Shown: in pieces, positions 8,834-18,514 of the stretch
Layout: each line of letters opens with the position of its first letter
How positions within the stretch are numbered: position 1 is the stretch's first letter
Assembly: GCA_031409275.1 (NCBI GenBank)
Contig: JANNXA010000050.1
Location: 96,001 to 160,000, forward strand
Reading direction: 5' to 3'
DNA length: 64,000 bases
Origin: Planctomycetota bacterium
Lineage (GTDB): Bacteria > Planctomycetota > B15-G4 > SIAN01
Program-made: the position numbers and the translations under genes
Notes under the pieces: generated by a model
What the model was told of the DNA's origin: nothing
The model's input: the letters and a program-made list of their open reading frames with translations, nothing else
Database searches by the model: none

Positions 8834-9556
8834 TCAGCGGCGGCGGAACTCGAGGAAGTAGTTCTCGGCGAGGAAGGTCTCGCGACGCAGGAGCTCGAAG
8901 CCGGCGGCCTCGATCTCGGCGCGGAAGGTCGCCTCGTCGGCGCGCACGTGGCCGAGGATGAAGGCGCTCGAGACGCCCGGGATCTTGTGGAAGTCGATCA
9001 CGACGAGGCGACCGCCGGGCACCAGCGCGGCGTGGATCGACGCGAGCGTTTCCGACGGATGCTCGAAGTGGTGGTAGGTATCGCAGACGAAGACGACGTC
9101 GACGCTGGCCGACGGCAGCCGAGTCGAGCGGTCGTCGCAGAGGAGCACGTCGACGTTGGGCGTGGCGTCGAAGAGCGCGCGCTGGCGCAATTGCTGGATG
9201 AAGAGCGGCGCGAAGTCGACCGCGATCACGCGGCCCGCGGGGCCGACGGCGCGTGCGAAGTAGGGCTCGAAGAGGCCGGTCCCGGCGCCGACGTCCGCCA
9301 CGCGGTCGCCGAACCGCAAGCGCACCGCATCGGCGATCTCCACTCGACGCGCGTAGATCTCGCGGCTCTCGCGTTCGAACTTGGCGACGAAGGAGTCGAC
9401 CTCCGTCATCGCACGGAACTGCTGGTTGATGGCAGCGACGTCGACCTGCGCCGGAGCGGCGATCGGGGCAGCGATCACGGCCGCCGCCGTGGACGGTTCG
9501 TTGGCGCGGCACGCCGCGAGCGCCGTGATCGCCAGGAGCGCGAGGAGGCGCTTCAC
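8834..9556 (-). CDS. Class I SAM-dependent methyltransferase with lipoprotein signal
   Basis: GTG start overlaps the upstream TGA; VKRLLALLAITALAAC lipobox; VADVGAGTG, VIAVD, DTYHHF, LVPGGRLVVID. Confidence 0.85.
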   Translation of the reverse strand: MKRLLALLAITALAACRANEPSTAAAVIAAPIAAPAQVDVAAINQQFRAMTEVDSFVAKFERESREIYARRVEIADAVRLRFGDRVADVGAGTGLFEPYFARAVGPAGRVIAVDFAPLFIQQLRQRALFDATPNVDVLLCDDRSTRLPSASVDVVFVCDTYHHFEHPSETLASIHAALVPGGRLVVIDFHKIPGVSSAFILGHVRADEATFRAEIEAAGFELLRRETFLAENYFLEFRRR

Positions 9557-10554
9557 TTCGAACCCCGGACGCCCGCCAGGAACGCCCGCTTCACGAAGAC
9601 GGGCACCATGGCGCGGCGCCATTGCGGATCGCCGTCGATGTTGGTGAGCGGCACCACGACTTTCTGGGCGTGCTGACCGGCAGCGATCAACGCCGCGAGG
9701 TCGTCGGGTTTGCGCCCGCGCAACAGCTCGCCGATGCCGGCGATGGTGCGCGGCGTCGCTGCGATCGCGCTGACGACCAGCGTCGCATCGGCGACGGTGC
9801 CGTCGTTCTGCGTCGTCCACGCCGCCGCCACCGAGAGGCGCGGGAAGTCGATCGACGCGCGCGGCCGAAGCTTGGCGTAACCCGACCACGTCCCCCCAGG
9901 CGCCGGCGCCGGCACCGTGATGCGTGTCAGCAACTCGTCGGGCGCGAGGCGCAGGTTCATGACGCCGTCGGGCTTGTAGAAGTCGGCGATGGCGACCTCG
10001 CGCGTCGCTTTCGAACTGCGGATGGTGAGGCGCGCTCCCAGCGCGACCAGCATCGTCGCCGTGTCGTTGCTGGCGGCTGCGACGCAGCTCTTGCCGCCCT
10101 TCACGACGTGGCAGACGGTGCCATCCTTCTTCAGGCAGAAACCGAGGCTCTGGCGCCAGAAGTGGCTCTGGTTGATCCAGACGCAGCGAGTGTCGAGACA
10201 GACATTGCCGCCCAGCGTCCCCATCGTGCGTTGCGTCGGGCCGGCCACGGACGCTGCTGCCCGCGCCAGTCCAGGTGCGTGCGCGGCCACCAGCGGATGG
10301 CGCTCGACCTCTTCGAGCGTCGTCATCGCGCCGAGCTCGAGCTCGCCGGCGGCGTTTCGCGCGATGCCGCGCAGCTCGCCGAGATCGGAGAGCGCGATCA
10401 CGACCTCCGGCTCGTAGAGGCCGTGCTTCAGGTTCGGCATCACGTCGGTGCCGCCCGCGATCACCTTGGCCTTCGCTCCGTGCTGCGCGAGCAGCGCCAA
10501 TGCCGCGTCGACGCTGGCCGGCTTCGCGAAGGCGAATGGTTCGAGTCGCAGCAT
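9553..10554 (-). CDS. hcrB: 4-hydroxybenzoyl-CoA reductase beta subunit-like FAD/[4Fe-4S] subunit
   Basis: IAGGTD; TLGGNVCLDTRC-x15-C-x7-C-x8-C, matching the HcrB [4Fe-4S] spacing; RASIDFP. Confidence 0.8.
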   Translation of the reverse strand: MLRLEPFAFAKPASVDAALALLAQHGAKAKVIAGGTDVMPNLKHGLYEPEVVIALSDLGELRGIARNAAGELELGAMTTLEEVERHPLVAAHAPGLARAAASVAGPTQRTMGTLGGNVCLDTRCVWINQSHFWRQSLGFCLKKDGTVCHVVKGGKSCVAAASNDTATMLVALGARLTIRSSKATREVAIADFYKPDGVMNLRLAPDELLTRITVPAPAPGGTWSGYAKLRPRASIDFPRLSVAAAWTTQNDGTVADATLVVSAIAATPRTIAGIGELLRGRKPDDLAALIAAGQHAQKVVVPLTNIDGDPQWRRAMVPVFVKRAFLAGVRGSK

Positions 10555-12953
10555 CAGCGCTTCCCTCCGCGCGCGGCCGCATCGGCCGCCTCCTTGGCCT
10601 GCAGCGCGGCGAGCACCTTGCCGGGCGTGAAGGGCAGCTTGGTCAGCCAGATGCCGCAGGCGTCGTGGATCGCGTTGGCGATCGCCGGGATGGTCGGATG
10701 GAGCGGCCCCTCGCCCGCTTCCTTCGCGCCGTAGGGTCCTTCGGGATCGAGCGACTCGACGATCGACGCGTGGAACTCCGGGCAGTCGAGCGACGTCGGG
10801 ATCGTGTAGTCGAGCAGGTTCGGGCGGGTGGTGAGGCCGAAGCGATTCACCGCGTGGCTCTCGAGGAAGACCTCGCCGAAGCCCATGTAGGCACTGCCTT
10901 CGATCTGCCCCTCGACCAGCACCGGCGCCAGCGCGCGGCCGCAATCGTGCGACGTCCAGACGTGCGGCACCTTGACCTCGCCGGTCTCGAGGTCGACGTC
11001 GACTTCGGCGACGCAAGCGGTGAACGAGTAGGCAGGCGACGCGCCGATGGTGCCGCCGCGGTAGTCGCCGCCGAGATTCGGCGTGTTGTAGGAACCGGTC
11101 GCGCCGAGCGTCTCGAAGCGCGCCTCGGCGAGATGGAACGCCTTCACGCTCGGCAGCACGCGCGCGCGATCGTTCAGGTCGAAGACGAAACCGCCGGCCA
11201 GCGCGACCTGCTCGGGCGGCACGTCCCATTCCGCGGCGACCGCCTGCTGCACCTGCTTGCGCAGCTTCCTCGCCGCGTGGATCGCCGCGTTGCCCACCAT
11301 GAAGGTGATGCGCGAGCTGTAGGCGCCGAGGTCGACCGGGCAGAGGTCGCTGTCGGCGGCGACGACGCGCACGTCCTCGACGCGCAGGCCGAGCTCCTCG
11401 GCGACGATGTAGGCCACCACCGAGTTGCTGCCCTGCCCGATGTCGCTGGCGCCGCTGAAGACGGTGACGAGGCCGCTGCGATCGACCTTCAGCTGGATGC
11501 CGGCCTGCGGCATGTCGTTGGGGTAGACGCAGTAGTTGGTGCCGCTGATGTACATCGAGCCGGCGCAGCCAAGCCCCTTGCCGCGACCGAGCTTGCTTCG
11601 GCGCGCCTTCCAGCCGCTGGCCGCCTCGACCTGATCGAGGCATTGATCGAAGCCGTTGCTGGTGACGCGCTGGCCGTTCACCGTCGTCGTGTAGGCGCCC
11701 TGGAAATTGCGCCGGCGCACCTCGATCGGATCGAGCCCGGCCTGGTGCGCCAGGCGGTCGAGTTGCACTTCGAGCGCGAAGCGCGGCTGCACGGAGCCGT
11801 GGCCGCGCTTGGGGCCGCACGGCGGCTTGTTGGTGAAGACGCGCGTCGAATGGAAGCGGTAGTTGGGCAGGTCGTGCGGGCCGGTCAGCAACTGGCCGGA
11901 GTAATAGGTGGTGACCAACCCGAAGCTCGAGTAGGCGCCGCCGTCGATCAGGATCTCGCTGTCGACCGCCGTGAGGCGCCCGTCGCGCGTCATGCCGGTC
12001 TTGAAGTGCATCTGCATCGGGTGGCGGCCGCGATGCGCGTAGAACTCCTCCTCGCGCGAGTAGAGGAACTTCACCGGACGGCGCGTCTTCATGGCCAGCT
12101 TGGCCGCGCAGAACTCGAGGCTGAACGGGTCGCTCTTGCCGCCGAACGCGCCGCCGAGGTGCGGCTGGATCACGCGAATCTGCGGCGCCGGCAAGTCGAG
12201 CACGCGCGCGAGTTCCCGATGGACGTAGTGCGGGATCTGCGTCGCCGACCAGAGCGTCAACACCCCATCGGAGCCGTAACGCGCCAACGCGACGTGCGTC
12301 TCGATCGGCGCGTGCGCGGTGCCGTGGAACTCGTAGTCATCCTCGACCACGAAGTCCGACTTCGCCATCGCGCCGTCCGGGTCGCCGAACTCGAGCAGCA
12401 CTTCCTTGGTGATGTTGCCGTGCTTGTTGCCCTCGTGGATCGCGATGTCCTTCCTCGCGAGCGCTTCGGCGGGGTCGAAGAGCGGGGTGAGCAGTTCGTA
12501 GTCGACCTCGATGATGCGCAACGCCGCCTGCGCGGTCTCCTCATCGACGGCGGCAACGGCGGCCACCGGATCGCCGATGAAGCGCACCTTGTCGACGGCG
12601 AGCGCCGTCTCGTCCTGCGTCCATGGGATGACGCCGAACTTGACCGGCATCTCCGCGCCGGTCACGACACCGAAGACGCCCGGCAGTGCCTCGGCCTTCG
12701 AGGTGTCGATCCGCTTGATCCGTGCGTGCGGATGGGGACTTCGCAGCGTTTTTCCGTGCAGCATCCCGGGCAGCGCGAGGTCGTCGGTGTAGAGCGCTTC
12801 GCCGGTCGCTTTGCCGGCGGCGTCGACCTTCCTCATCCGCTTGCCGATCACCTCGAAACGGGCGCCGGGCGGTTGCGGCCCGAACGTGCGATTGGGCGAG
12901 CGGACGTGCTGCAGCGGATCGGCACGATCGACGGGGAGCTTGCCGGCGCTCAT
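10554..12953 (-). CDS. hcrA: 4-hydroxybenzoyl-CoA reductase alpha subunit-like molybdopterin subunit
   Basis: KATGEALYTDD, GGAFGGK, TNKPPCGPKRGHG (RGHG as in HcrA), DLGAYSSRITFMVGNA, GPYGAKEAGEG. Family assignment is certain; substrate is not. Confidence 0.78.
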   Translation of the reverse strand: MSAGKLPVDRADPLQHVRSPNRTFGPQPPGARFEVIGKRMRKVDAAGKATGEALYTDDLALPGMLHGKTLRSPHPHARIKRIDTSKAEALPGVFGVVTGAEMPVKFGVIPWTQDETALAVDKVRFIGDPVAAVAAVDEETAQAALRIIEVDYELLTPLFDPAEALARKDIAIHEGNKHGNITKEVLLEFGDPDGAMAKSDFVVEDDYEFHGTAHAPIETHVALARYGSDGVLTLWSATQIPHYVHRELARVLDLPAPQIRVIQPHLGGAFGGKSDPFSLEFCAAKLAMKTRRPVKFLYSREEEFYAHRGRHPMQMHFKTGMTRDGRLTAVDSEILIDGGAYSSFGLVTTYYSGQLLTGPHDLPNYRFHSTRVFTNKPPCGPKRGHGSVQPRFALEVQLDRLAHQAGLDPIEVRRRNFQGAYTTTVNGQRVTSNGFDQCLDQVEAASGWKARRSKLGRGKGLGCAGSMYISGTNYCVYPNDMPQAGIQLKVDRSGLVTVFSGASDIGQGSNSVVAYIVAEELGLRVEDVRVVAADSDLCPVDLGAYSSRITFMVGNAAIHAARKLRKQVQQAVAAEWDVPPEQVALAGGFVFDLNDRARVLPSVKAFHLAEARFETLGATGSYNTPNLGGDYRGGTIGASPAYSFTACVAEVDVDLETGEVKVPHVWTSHDCGRALAPVLVEGQIEGSAYMGFGEVFLESHAVNRFGLTTRPNLLDYTIPTSLDCPEFHASIVESLDPEGPYGAKEAGEGPLHPTIPAIANAIHDACGIWLTKLPFTPGKVLAALQAKEAADAAARGGKR

Positions 12954-13471
12954 CGTCCGCCCCCGACCAGCGTCGCCGGCAACCCGAGATGGGCCGCCTT
13001 GCCGGCGCGCACCGCCTGCTCGACCGCCTCGAAAATCTTCGTGTAGCCGGTGCAGCGGCAGAGGTTCGAGGCGAGCGCTTCCTTGATCTCCGCGCGGGTC
13101 GCCTCGGGCTTCGCGTCGAGGCAGGCGCGCGCGGCGAGGATCATCCCGGGCTGGCAGAAGCCGCATTGGAGCGCGCCGGCCTCATCGAACGTCCGCTGCA
13201 GCAGGTCGAGTCCGTCCTTGGTGACGAGCCCTTCGATGGTGGTGATCGCGTGGCCGACCGCGTCGCCGACCAACGTGATGCAGGAGAGGCGCGCGCGGCC
13301 GTCGAGCAGCAGCGTGCAGGCGCCGCAGTCGCCCTTGTCGCAGCCCTGCTTGGTGCCGGTGAGGCCCAAGCGGTAGCGCAACACCTCGAGCAGCGTCCAG
13401 TGCGACGGCGCGGCGACGTCGACATCGCCGCCGTTCACGCGCAGGCGCAGGATCTTGGTTTCGGCGGTCAT
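12950..13471 (-). CDS. hcrC: HcrC/CoxS-like 2x[2Fe-2S] subunit
   Basis: LTGTKQGCDKGDCGACT...SC and QCGFCQPG...NLCRCTGY; no Tat signal. Confidence 0.82.
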   Translation of the reverse strand: MTAETKILRLRVNGGDVDVAAPSHWTLLEVLRYRLGLTGTKQGCDKGDCGACTLLLDGRARLSCITLVGDAVGHAITTIEGLVTKDGLDLLQRTFDEAGALQCGFCQPGMILAARACLDAKPEATRAEIKEALASNLCRCTGYTKIFEAVEQAVRAGKAAHLGLPATLVGGGR

Positions 13472-13782
13472 CCGCGTCGGTGGTTCCGGCAAGGCGCGCA
13501 CCGGTTTGGCGCGGCGCAGGAGGCGCGGATGTTAGCCCGCGACCGGGCGCTGCTGTGCCGTCGCGACCGCCGACACCGTTCCGACCGCGACGGCGGCGGC
13601 TAGGCTGCAGCGGCGAACCATCGCCCGCGCGCCGCGCGAGCTCGTCCTCGTGGAGCAAACTCGTCGTGGACCGTGCCCTGCGCTTCGCCCCGTGGGCCCC
13701 AAGAGCGCCTGACAGAATGGACGCTTCGCACCGAGGCCGAGCGAGGGCGTCTCGGGCGAGCAGACCGAAGCAGGCGACTCCG

Positions 13783-15579
13783 ATGGAGTCGCCGATGGAG
13801 GTCGACGCAGTCCAAGGCGGCCGCAGCCGGCCGAATGCAGCGAACCTTCTGTTAGGCGCTCTGACGACTCTGACCTCGCCTTTCGCGCTGCCCGCTCCGG
13901 CACAGACACCGCCCCCTGCCGCCGCGACGGCGCCGTGGCGCTTCACCGACGTCGCGATCGGGTCGGGCCTCGACGCCTTTCGCCACACGTTCGGCGACGA
14001 CGCCTTCAGCAAGATCATCGAAGACACCGGTTCCGGCGTGGCGTTGATCGACTACGACGGCGATGGCTGGCTCGACGTGCACTTGTCGAGTGGGCAGTGG
14101 ATCGAGGGCTTCTCCGACCCGGCGTGGCGGGAACGAGCGGCCGGTGGCCGCAGCCGCCTCTATCGCAACCTCGGCGGGATGAAGTTCGCCGAAGTCACCG
14201 ATTCGGTCGGGATCACCGAGCGTGGCTTCGGGATGGGCGCGGTGGTCGGCGACTACGACGGCGATGGTGACGAGGACCTCTACGTCCTGAACCGTGGCGC
14301 AAACGTCCTCTATCGCAACGACGCGTCCGCGAACGGCGCGCGCCACTTCACCGACGTCACTGCTGAAGCGGGCGTCGCCGGCCCGCTCCTGCTGAACGGC
14401 CAGCTGAAGTGGAGCGTGAACGGCTGCTTCTTCGACGCCGATGGTGACCTCGACCTCGATCTCTACGTGACCAACTACCTCGCCTTCGACCCCGCCTTCA
14501 AGGATCCGCGCCTGCCCAAGGAGTACCCCTACGAGGGACCGGAGTCCTATGCCGGTCAGCAGTCGCTCCTCTACCGCAACGACGGCGGCGGCAAGTTCAC
14601 GGACGTCACCCACGCGGCCGGACTCGACCATCCCGACGGCCGCTCGATGGGCGCCGTGGCATGCGATTTCGACGGCGACGGCGATCTCGACCTCTTCGAG
14701 GCGATCGACTCGCGGCCCGACGCGCTGTGGATCAACGACGGCAAAGGCCGCTTCGCCGAGCACGGGGTGCAGGCCGGCATCGCATTCGACGGCAATGGCG
14801 CCCCGATGGCCTCGATGCACGGCTCGGTCGGCGACTTCGACGGCGATGGCCGTTTCGATCTCTTCGTGCCGGCGCTCTTCACCAGCGCGTTGTTCCGAAA
14901 CCTCGGTGTGCGCGATGCGGACTCGCCGCTCGGTCGCGTCGTTCATTTCGAGGAGTGTGCCGCGCGATCGGGCGTGCTGCCGGCACTGCTCGGCAAGGGG
15001 TCGTGGGGTTCGGGCATCGAGGACTTCGACCTCGACGGCGACGTCGACCTCCTGGTGGTGATGGGCGGCGCCTTCGACCTGAAGGCGGCCGATCCCGATC
15101 GGCTCTTCCGCAACGAGGGTGACTTCGCGTTCCGCGACGTGTCGGCCGCGCTCGGACCCGATTTCGGTGCCGGCCGCGTGAGCCGCGGCGCCGCGTTCGG
15201 CGACCTCGACCACGACGGCGACGTCGACTACATCGTGAACGTGAAGGATGTCGGCGCGCCACCGCGATTGCTGCGCAACGACCTGCCGCGTGGCCCGTCA
15301 GGGCCCCACCACCTCAGCGTGCACCTCGTCGGCGCCGGCATGAACCGCGACGCGATCGGCGCGCGTGTCACGTTGCGCGCGAACGGCCGAACGCAGGTGC
15401 GTTCCGTGACCCGATCCAATTCCTACCTTTCGCAGTGCGATCCGCGGCTGCACTTCGGACTCGGCTCGATCCGCACGATCGACGCCCTCGAAGTGCGCTG
15501 GCCGTCCGGTCGCACGCAGATCGTGAAGGTCGAAGCGGTCGATTCGCCGCTCGAAGTCCGCGAGGAGTCCACGAAGTGA
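13783..15579 (+). CDS. CRTAC1-family FG-GAP repeat/ASPIC-UnbV protein
   Basis: Multiple DxDGDGxxDL repeats and LYRN motifs; RGAAFGDLDHDGDVD; C-terminal NRDAIGARV...SYLSQ..RLHFGLG...VRWPSG. Start uncertain. Confidence 0.88.
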   Translation: MESPMEVDAVQGGRSRPNAANLLLGALTTLTSPFALPAPAQTPPPAAATAPWRFTDVAIGSGLDAFRHTFGDDAFSKIIEDTGSGVALIDYDGDGWLDVHLSSGQWIEGFSDPAWRERAAGGRSRLYRNLGGMKFAEVTDSVGITERGFGMGAVVGDYDGDGDEDLYVLNRGANVLYRNDASANGARHFTDVTAEAGVAGPLLLNGQLKWSVNGCFFDADGDLDLDLYVTNYLAFDPAFKDPRLPKEYPYEGPESYAGQQSLLYRNDGGGKFTDVTHAAGLDHPDGRSMGAVACDFDGDGDLDLFEAIDSRPDALWINDGKGRFAEHGVQAGIAFDGNGAPMASMHGSVGDFDGDGRFDLFVPALFTSALFRNLGVRDADSPLGRVVHFEECAARSGVLPALLGKGSWGSGIEDFDLDGDVDLLVVMGGAFDLKAADPDRLFRNEGDFAFRDVSAALGPDFGAGRVSRGAAFGDLDHDGDVDYIVNVKDVGAPPRLLRNDLPRGPSGPHHLSVHLVGAGMNRDAIGARVTLRANGRTQVRSVTRSNSYLSQCDPRLHFGLGSIRTIDALEVRWPSGRTQIVKVEAVDSPLEVREESTK

Positions 15580-16049
15580 ACGCTCCCAGCCCCGCGCCCG
15601 AGGTGGCCATCCGCCCCGCGCGCCTCGACGACGCCGCCGCCATCGTCGAGTTCAACCACCGCCTCGCCCTCGAATCGGAGAACAAGGCGCTCGACCACGA
15701 GACGCTCACGAAAGGGGTCGACGCGGCGCTGCGTGACCCGCGACTGGCGCGCTACTTCGTCGCCGTCGCGGGCGAGAAGCAGGTCGGCCAGATCATGATC
15801 ACGGAGGAGTGGAGCGATTGGCGCAACGGCCTGATCTGGTGGCTGCAGAGCGTCTACGTCCACGCCGAGTGGCGCGGGCGCGGCGTCTTCCGCCTCCTGT
15901 TGAACAAGGTGGTCGCGCAGGGCAAGGCGGCCGGCGTCATCGGCCTGCGCCTCTACGTCGAGCATCACAACAGCCGCGCTCAGGAGACCTATCGCCGCAG
16001 CGGATTCGCCGACGCTGGCTACCAGGTGATGGAACGGCTGCCGCTGTGA
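15576..16049 (+). CDS. GNAT N-acetyltransferase
   Basis: GTGA overlap; EWSDWRNG, SVYVHAEWRGRGVF, RLYVEHHNSRAQETY. Confidence 0.88.
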   Translation: MNAPSPAPEVAIRPARLDDAAAIVEFNHRLALESENKALDHETLTKGVDAALRDPRLARYFVAVAGEKQVGQIMITEEWSDWRNGLIWWLQSVYVHAEWRGRGVFRLLLNKVVAQGKAAGVIGLRLYVEHHNSRAQETYRRSGFADAGYQVMERLPL

Positions 16050-16247
16050 GGCGGTCCGGGGGCACAGGTCGGCCCCCGCCACGGACGATGAAGCTTCGCG
16101 CCTGCCTCCCCGGCGATCCGCCGGCGGCGACGTGACTCGACCGACCGCCCCGCAACGCCCCTCCTCCGAAAAGCGCCCGCCATCGAAACGACGCCCCTGA
16201 ACGCCCCAACCGCTGCCGCCGACGCCCGCTCCGAAGGGTCGCCGCCG

Positions 16248-17237
16248 TTGCACGTGCAACGGCTCCCCACGCGCGACGCCCGCTTCGACGCGGCGCGTCT
16301 TCGCGTCGCCGAACCGGCGCCCCACTTCAGCAGCGGCTGGATCGCCTATCGGGAAGCGCAGGGCTACCGGCCGGCATGGCTCCTCTTGTCGAGCCGCGCC
16401 GGAACCCCCGTCGCGTGCGGCGTCGCCTGGGTGAAGCGACCGCGCTGGCGTCCGTGGGTGCGCCCGCACGCGCTGCTCGATCGACTGCCGTGGCCACTCG
16501 TCGGCAGCGATGCCGCGAGCGCAGCGACGCACCAGTCGATCGCGCACGCCCTGGTCGACCACTTCGAACAGGCCGGCTTCGCGCGAGCGGAGATCGAGTC
16601 GTTCGACGGGCCGTGGCCGGCGCCGGACCTTGCGGCGCTCGGCTGCACGAGCCGCGAGCGGCTCGAGTTCCTGCTCGACCTGCGCGCGAAGACGGAGGAG
16701 CGCTTCGCCGCCATCAAATCGAGCCATCGCCGCAAAGTGCGCGACGCGGAAAAGGCGGAAGTGACCGTGGCCGACGAGACCGGCACGACCAGCCTCGCGC
16801 TGCTCCACGAATTGCAGGGCCACACGCAAGAGCGGCGCGAAGGGCGCGGCGAGACGATGTCGCTGCCCGAAGCGCAGCAATACGAACGGCTCGGACGCTG
16901 CTTCGTCGGCGGCGGCAGCGGGCGCCTCTTCGTCGGCCGCAAGGACGGCGCCGCGGTCTCGGCCATCCTGTGCGGCGTCGAAGGGAGTCGCGCCTACTAC
17001 CTGATGGGAGGCACGAGCCCCGCGGGCTTCGCGTGCAACGCCGCCACGATGGTCCTCTGGCGTGCGAGCGTCCTGCTCGCGGAGCGCGGCGTGGTCGAGA
17101 TGAACCTCGGCGGCGTGCCGCGCGAGGCCGAGCAGGAGGGCCACGCCGAGCATGGGCTGTGGCGATTCAAGGAAGGCTTCGGTCCGCGCCGCGTCGAGTG
17201 CCGCAGCGGGGTCTGGCAGCGAGGGACACGACGATGA
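16248..17237 (+). CDS. FemAB/FemX-like (GNAT_6) acyltransferase
   Basis: LDL..EERFAAIKSSHRRKVRDAEK, AYYLMGG, MNLGG, GLWRFKEGFG. Start (TTG) uncertain. Confidence 0.78.
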   Translation: MHVQRLPTRDARFDAARLRVAEPAPHFSSGWIAYREAQGYRPAWLLLSSRAGTPVACGVAWVKRPRWRPWVRPHALLDRLPWPLVGSDAASAATHQSIAHALVDHFEQAGFARAEIESFDGPWPAPDLAALGCTSRERLEFLLDLRAKTEERFAAIKSSHRRKVRDAEKAEVTVADETGTTSLALLHELQGHTQERREGRGETMSLPEAQQYERLGRCFVGGGSGRLFVGRKDGAAVSAILCGVEGSRAYYLMGGTSPAGFACNAATMVLWRASVLLAERGVVEMNLGGVPREAEQEGHAEHGLWRFKEGFGPRRVECRSGVWQRGTRR

Positions 17238-18442
17238 GCCTGCGCGGCCGCGCGCTCCTCGAGCGGATGAAGTGGTCCTGGAAGGGCGCGCCGCTCGCCG
17301 CCGGTTGCGCGTGGCGGGACGGCGCCGGTCTGCGCGCACCGCGCGATCTGCGCGTGCACCTCGACGCGATCCTCGGCTGGATCGAGCGCGGCCACGATGC
17401 GACCGCGCGTGCCGGCGTCGCGCGCAGCTTCGTACTTCGCCGCCACCACCGCTACGGCATCACGGGCTGGCTCCCCGCCTATCCCGAGACCACCGGTTAC
17501 ATCATCCCGACGCTCTACACCGCAGCACGCCAGCTCGGACGTCCAGAGCTTGCGACGCGGGCGAGCGAGATGGCGGAGTGGGAGGCGTCGATCCAGTTGG
17601 CGGACGGCGCCGTGCGTGGCGGCACCGTCGCCGATGCGGTCAGCCCTGCGGTCTTCAACACCGGCCAGGTGCTCTTCGGATGGGTCGCGGCCTACGACGC
17701 GACCGGCGCCGCGCGCTGGCTCGAGTGCGCGGCACGCGCGGGCCGCTGGCTGGTGCAGCAGCAGGATGACGACGGCGCGTGGCGGCGCGGCGCTTCGCAG
17801 TTCGCGGCGGTCGGTGGCCACGTCTACAACGCTCGCGCGGCGTGGGGCCTGGCGCTCTATGGCGTGCGCGCCAACGATGCGGCGGCCAGGCAGGCGGCGC
17901 GGCGTTCGGCCGAGTTCGCCCTGAAGAACCAGCTCGACAATGGCTGGTTCGCCGACAACTGCCTCTCCGATCCGCTCCACCCGCTGACCCACACCATCGC
18001 CTACGCGGCGCAGGGCGTGCTCGAGATCGGGCTGCTGCTGGACGAGGCGCGCTTCGTCGAGGCGGCGCGCAAGACGGCGCGAGGCATCGCCAGCGTCCTC
18101 GGCGCCGACGGCTTCCTGCCGGGTCGGCTCGATCGTGATTGGCATCCGGCCGTCGGCTGGTCGTGCGTGACCGGCGCCGCACAGATGGGACTCGTCTTCG
18201 ATCGCCTCGAAGCGCTGGACCGCAGCGGCCAATGGAGCGCGGCGAGCGACCGCGTGCTGCACCACGCGCTGTCGGCGCAAGACCTCGATGCCAGCGACGG
18301 CGGCGTGCGCGGCGGAGTGCCCGGATCGTTCCCGATCTGGGGCGGCTACGGCAGCTACGAGTACCTCAACTGGGCCGCGAAGTTCCTCGCCGACCTGCTG
18401 CTCGGCCGTCTGGCGGGCACACCGGGTGGCACCGGCGGCTGA
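17234..18442 (+). CDS. Alpha/alpha-toroid (prenyltransferase/squalene cyclase-like repeat) protein
   Basis: AYPETTGYIIPTL, QLADGA, FNTGQVLFG, QDDDGAW, QLDNGWF, THTIAYA, YLNWAAKF; ATGA overlap. Confidence 0.75.
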   Translation: MSLRGRALLERMKWSWKGAPLAAGCAWRDGAGLRAPRDLRVHLDAILGWIERGHDATARAGVARSFVLRRHHRYGITGWLPAYPETTGYIIPTLYTAARQLGRPELATRASEMAEWEASIQLADGAVRGGTVADAVSPAVFNTGQVLFGWVAAYDATGAARWLECAARAGRWLVQQQDDDGAWRRGASQFAAVGGHVYNARAAWGLALYGVRANDAAARQAARRSAEFALKNQLDNGWFADNCLSDPLHPLTHTIAYAAQGVLEIGLLLDEARFVEAARKTARGIASVLGADGFLPGRLDRDWHPAVGWSCVTGAAQMGLVFDRLEALDRSGQWSAASDRVLHHALSAQDLDASDGGVRGGVPGSFPIWGGYGSYEYLNWAAKFLADLLLGRLAGTPGGTGG

Positions 18443-18464
18443 CCGCGGCGCGCTCCGCCGTCGA

Positions 18465-18500
18465 CACCAGGAGCGGCACCAGGAGCGGCACCAAGCGCGG
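18465..18500. repeat. 12-bp tandem repeat (3 copies) between convergent genes
   Basis: CACCAGGAGCGG twice, then CACCAAGCGCGG. Confidence 0.7.
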
Positions 18501-18514
18501 CGCGCGGCGCCGAC

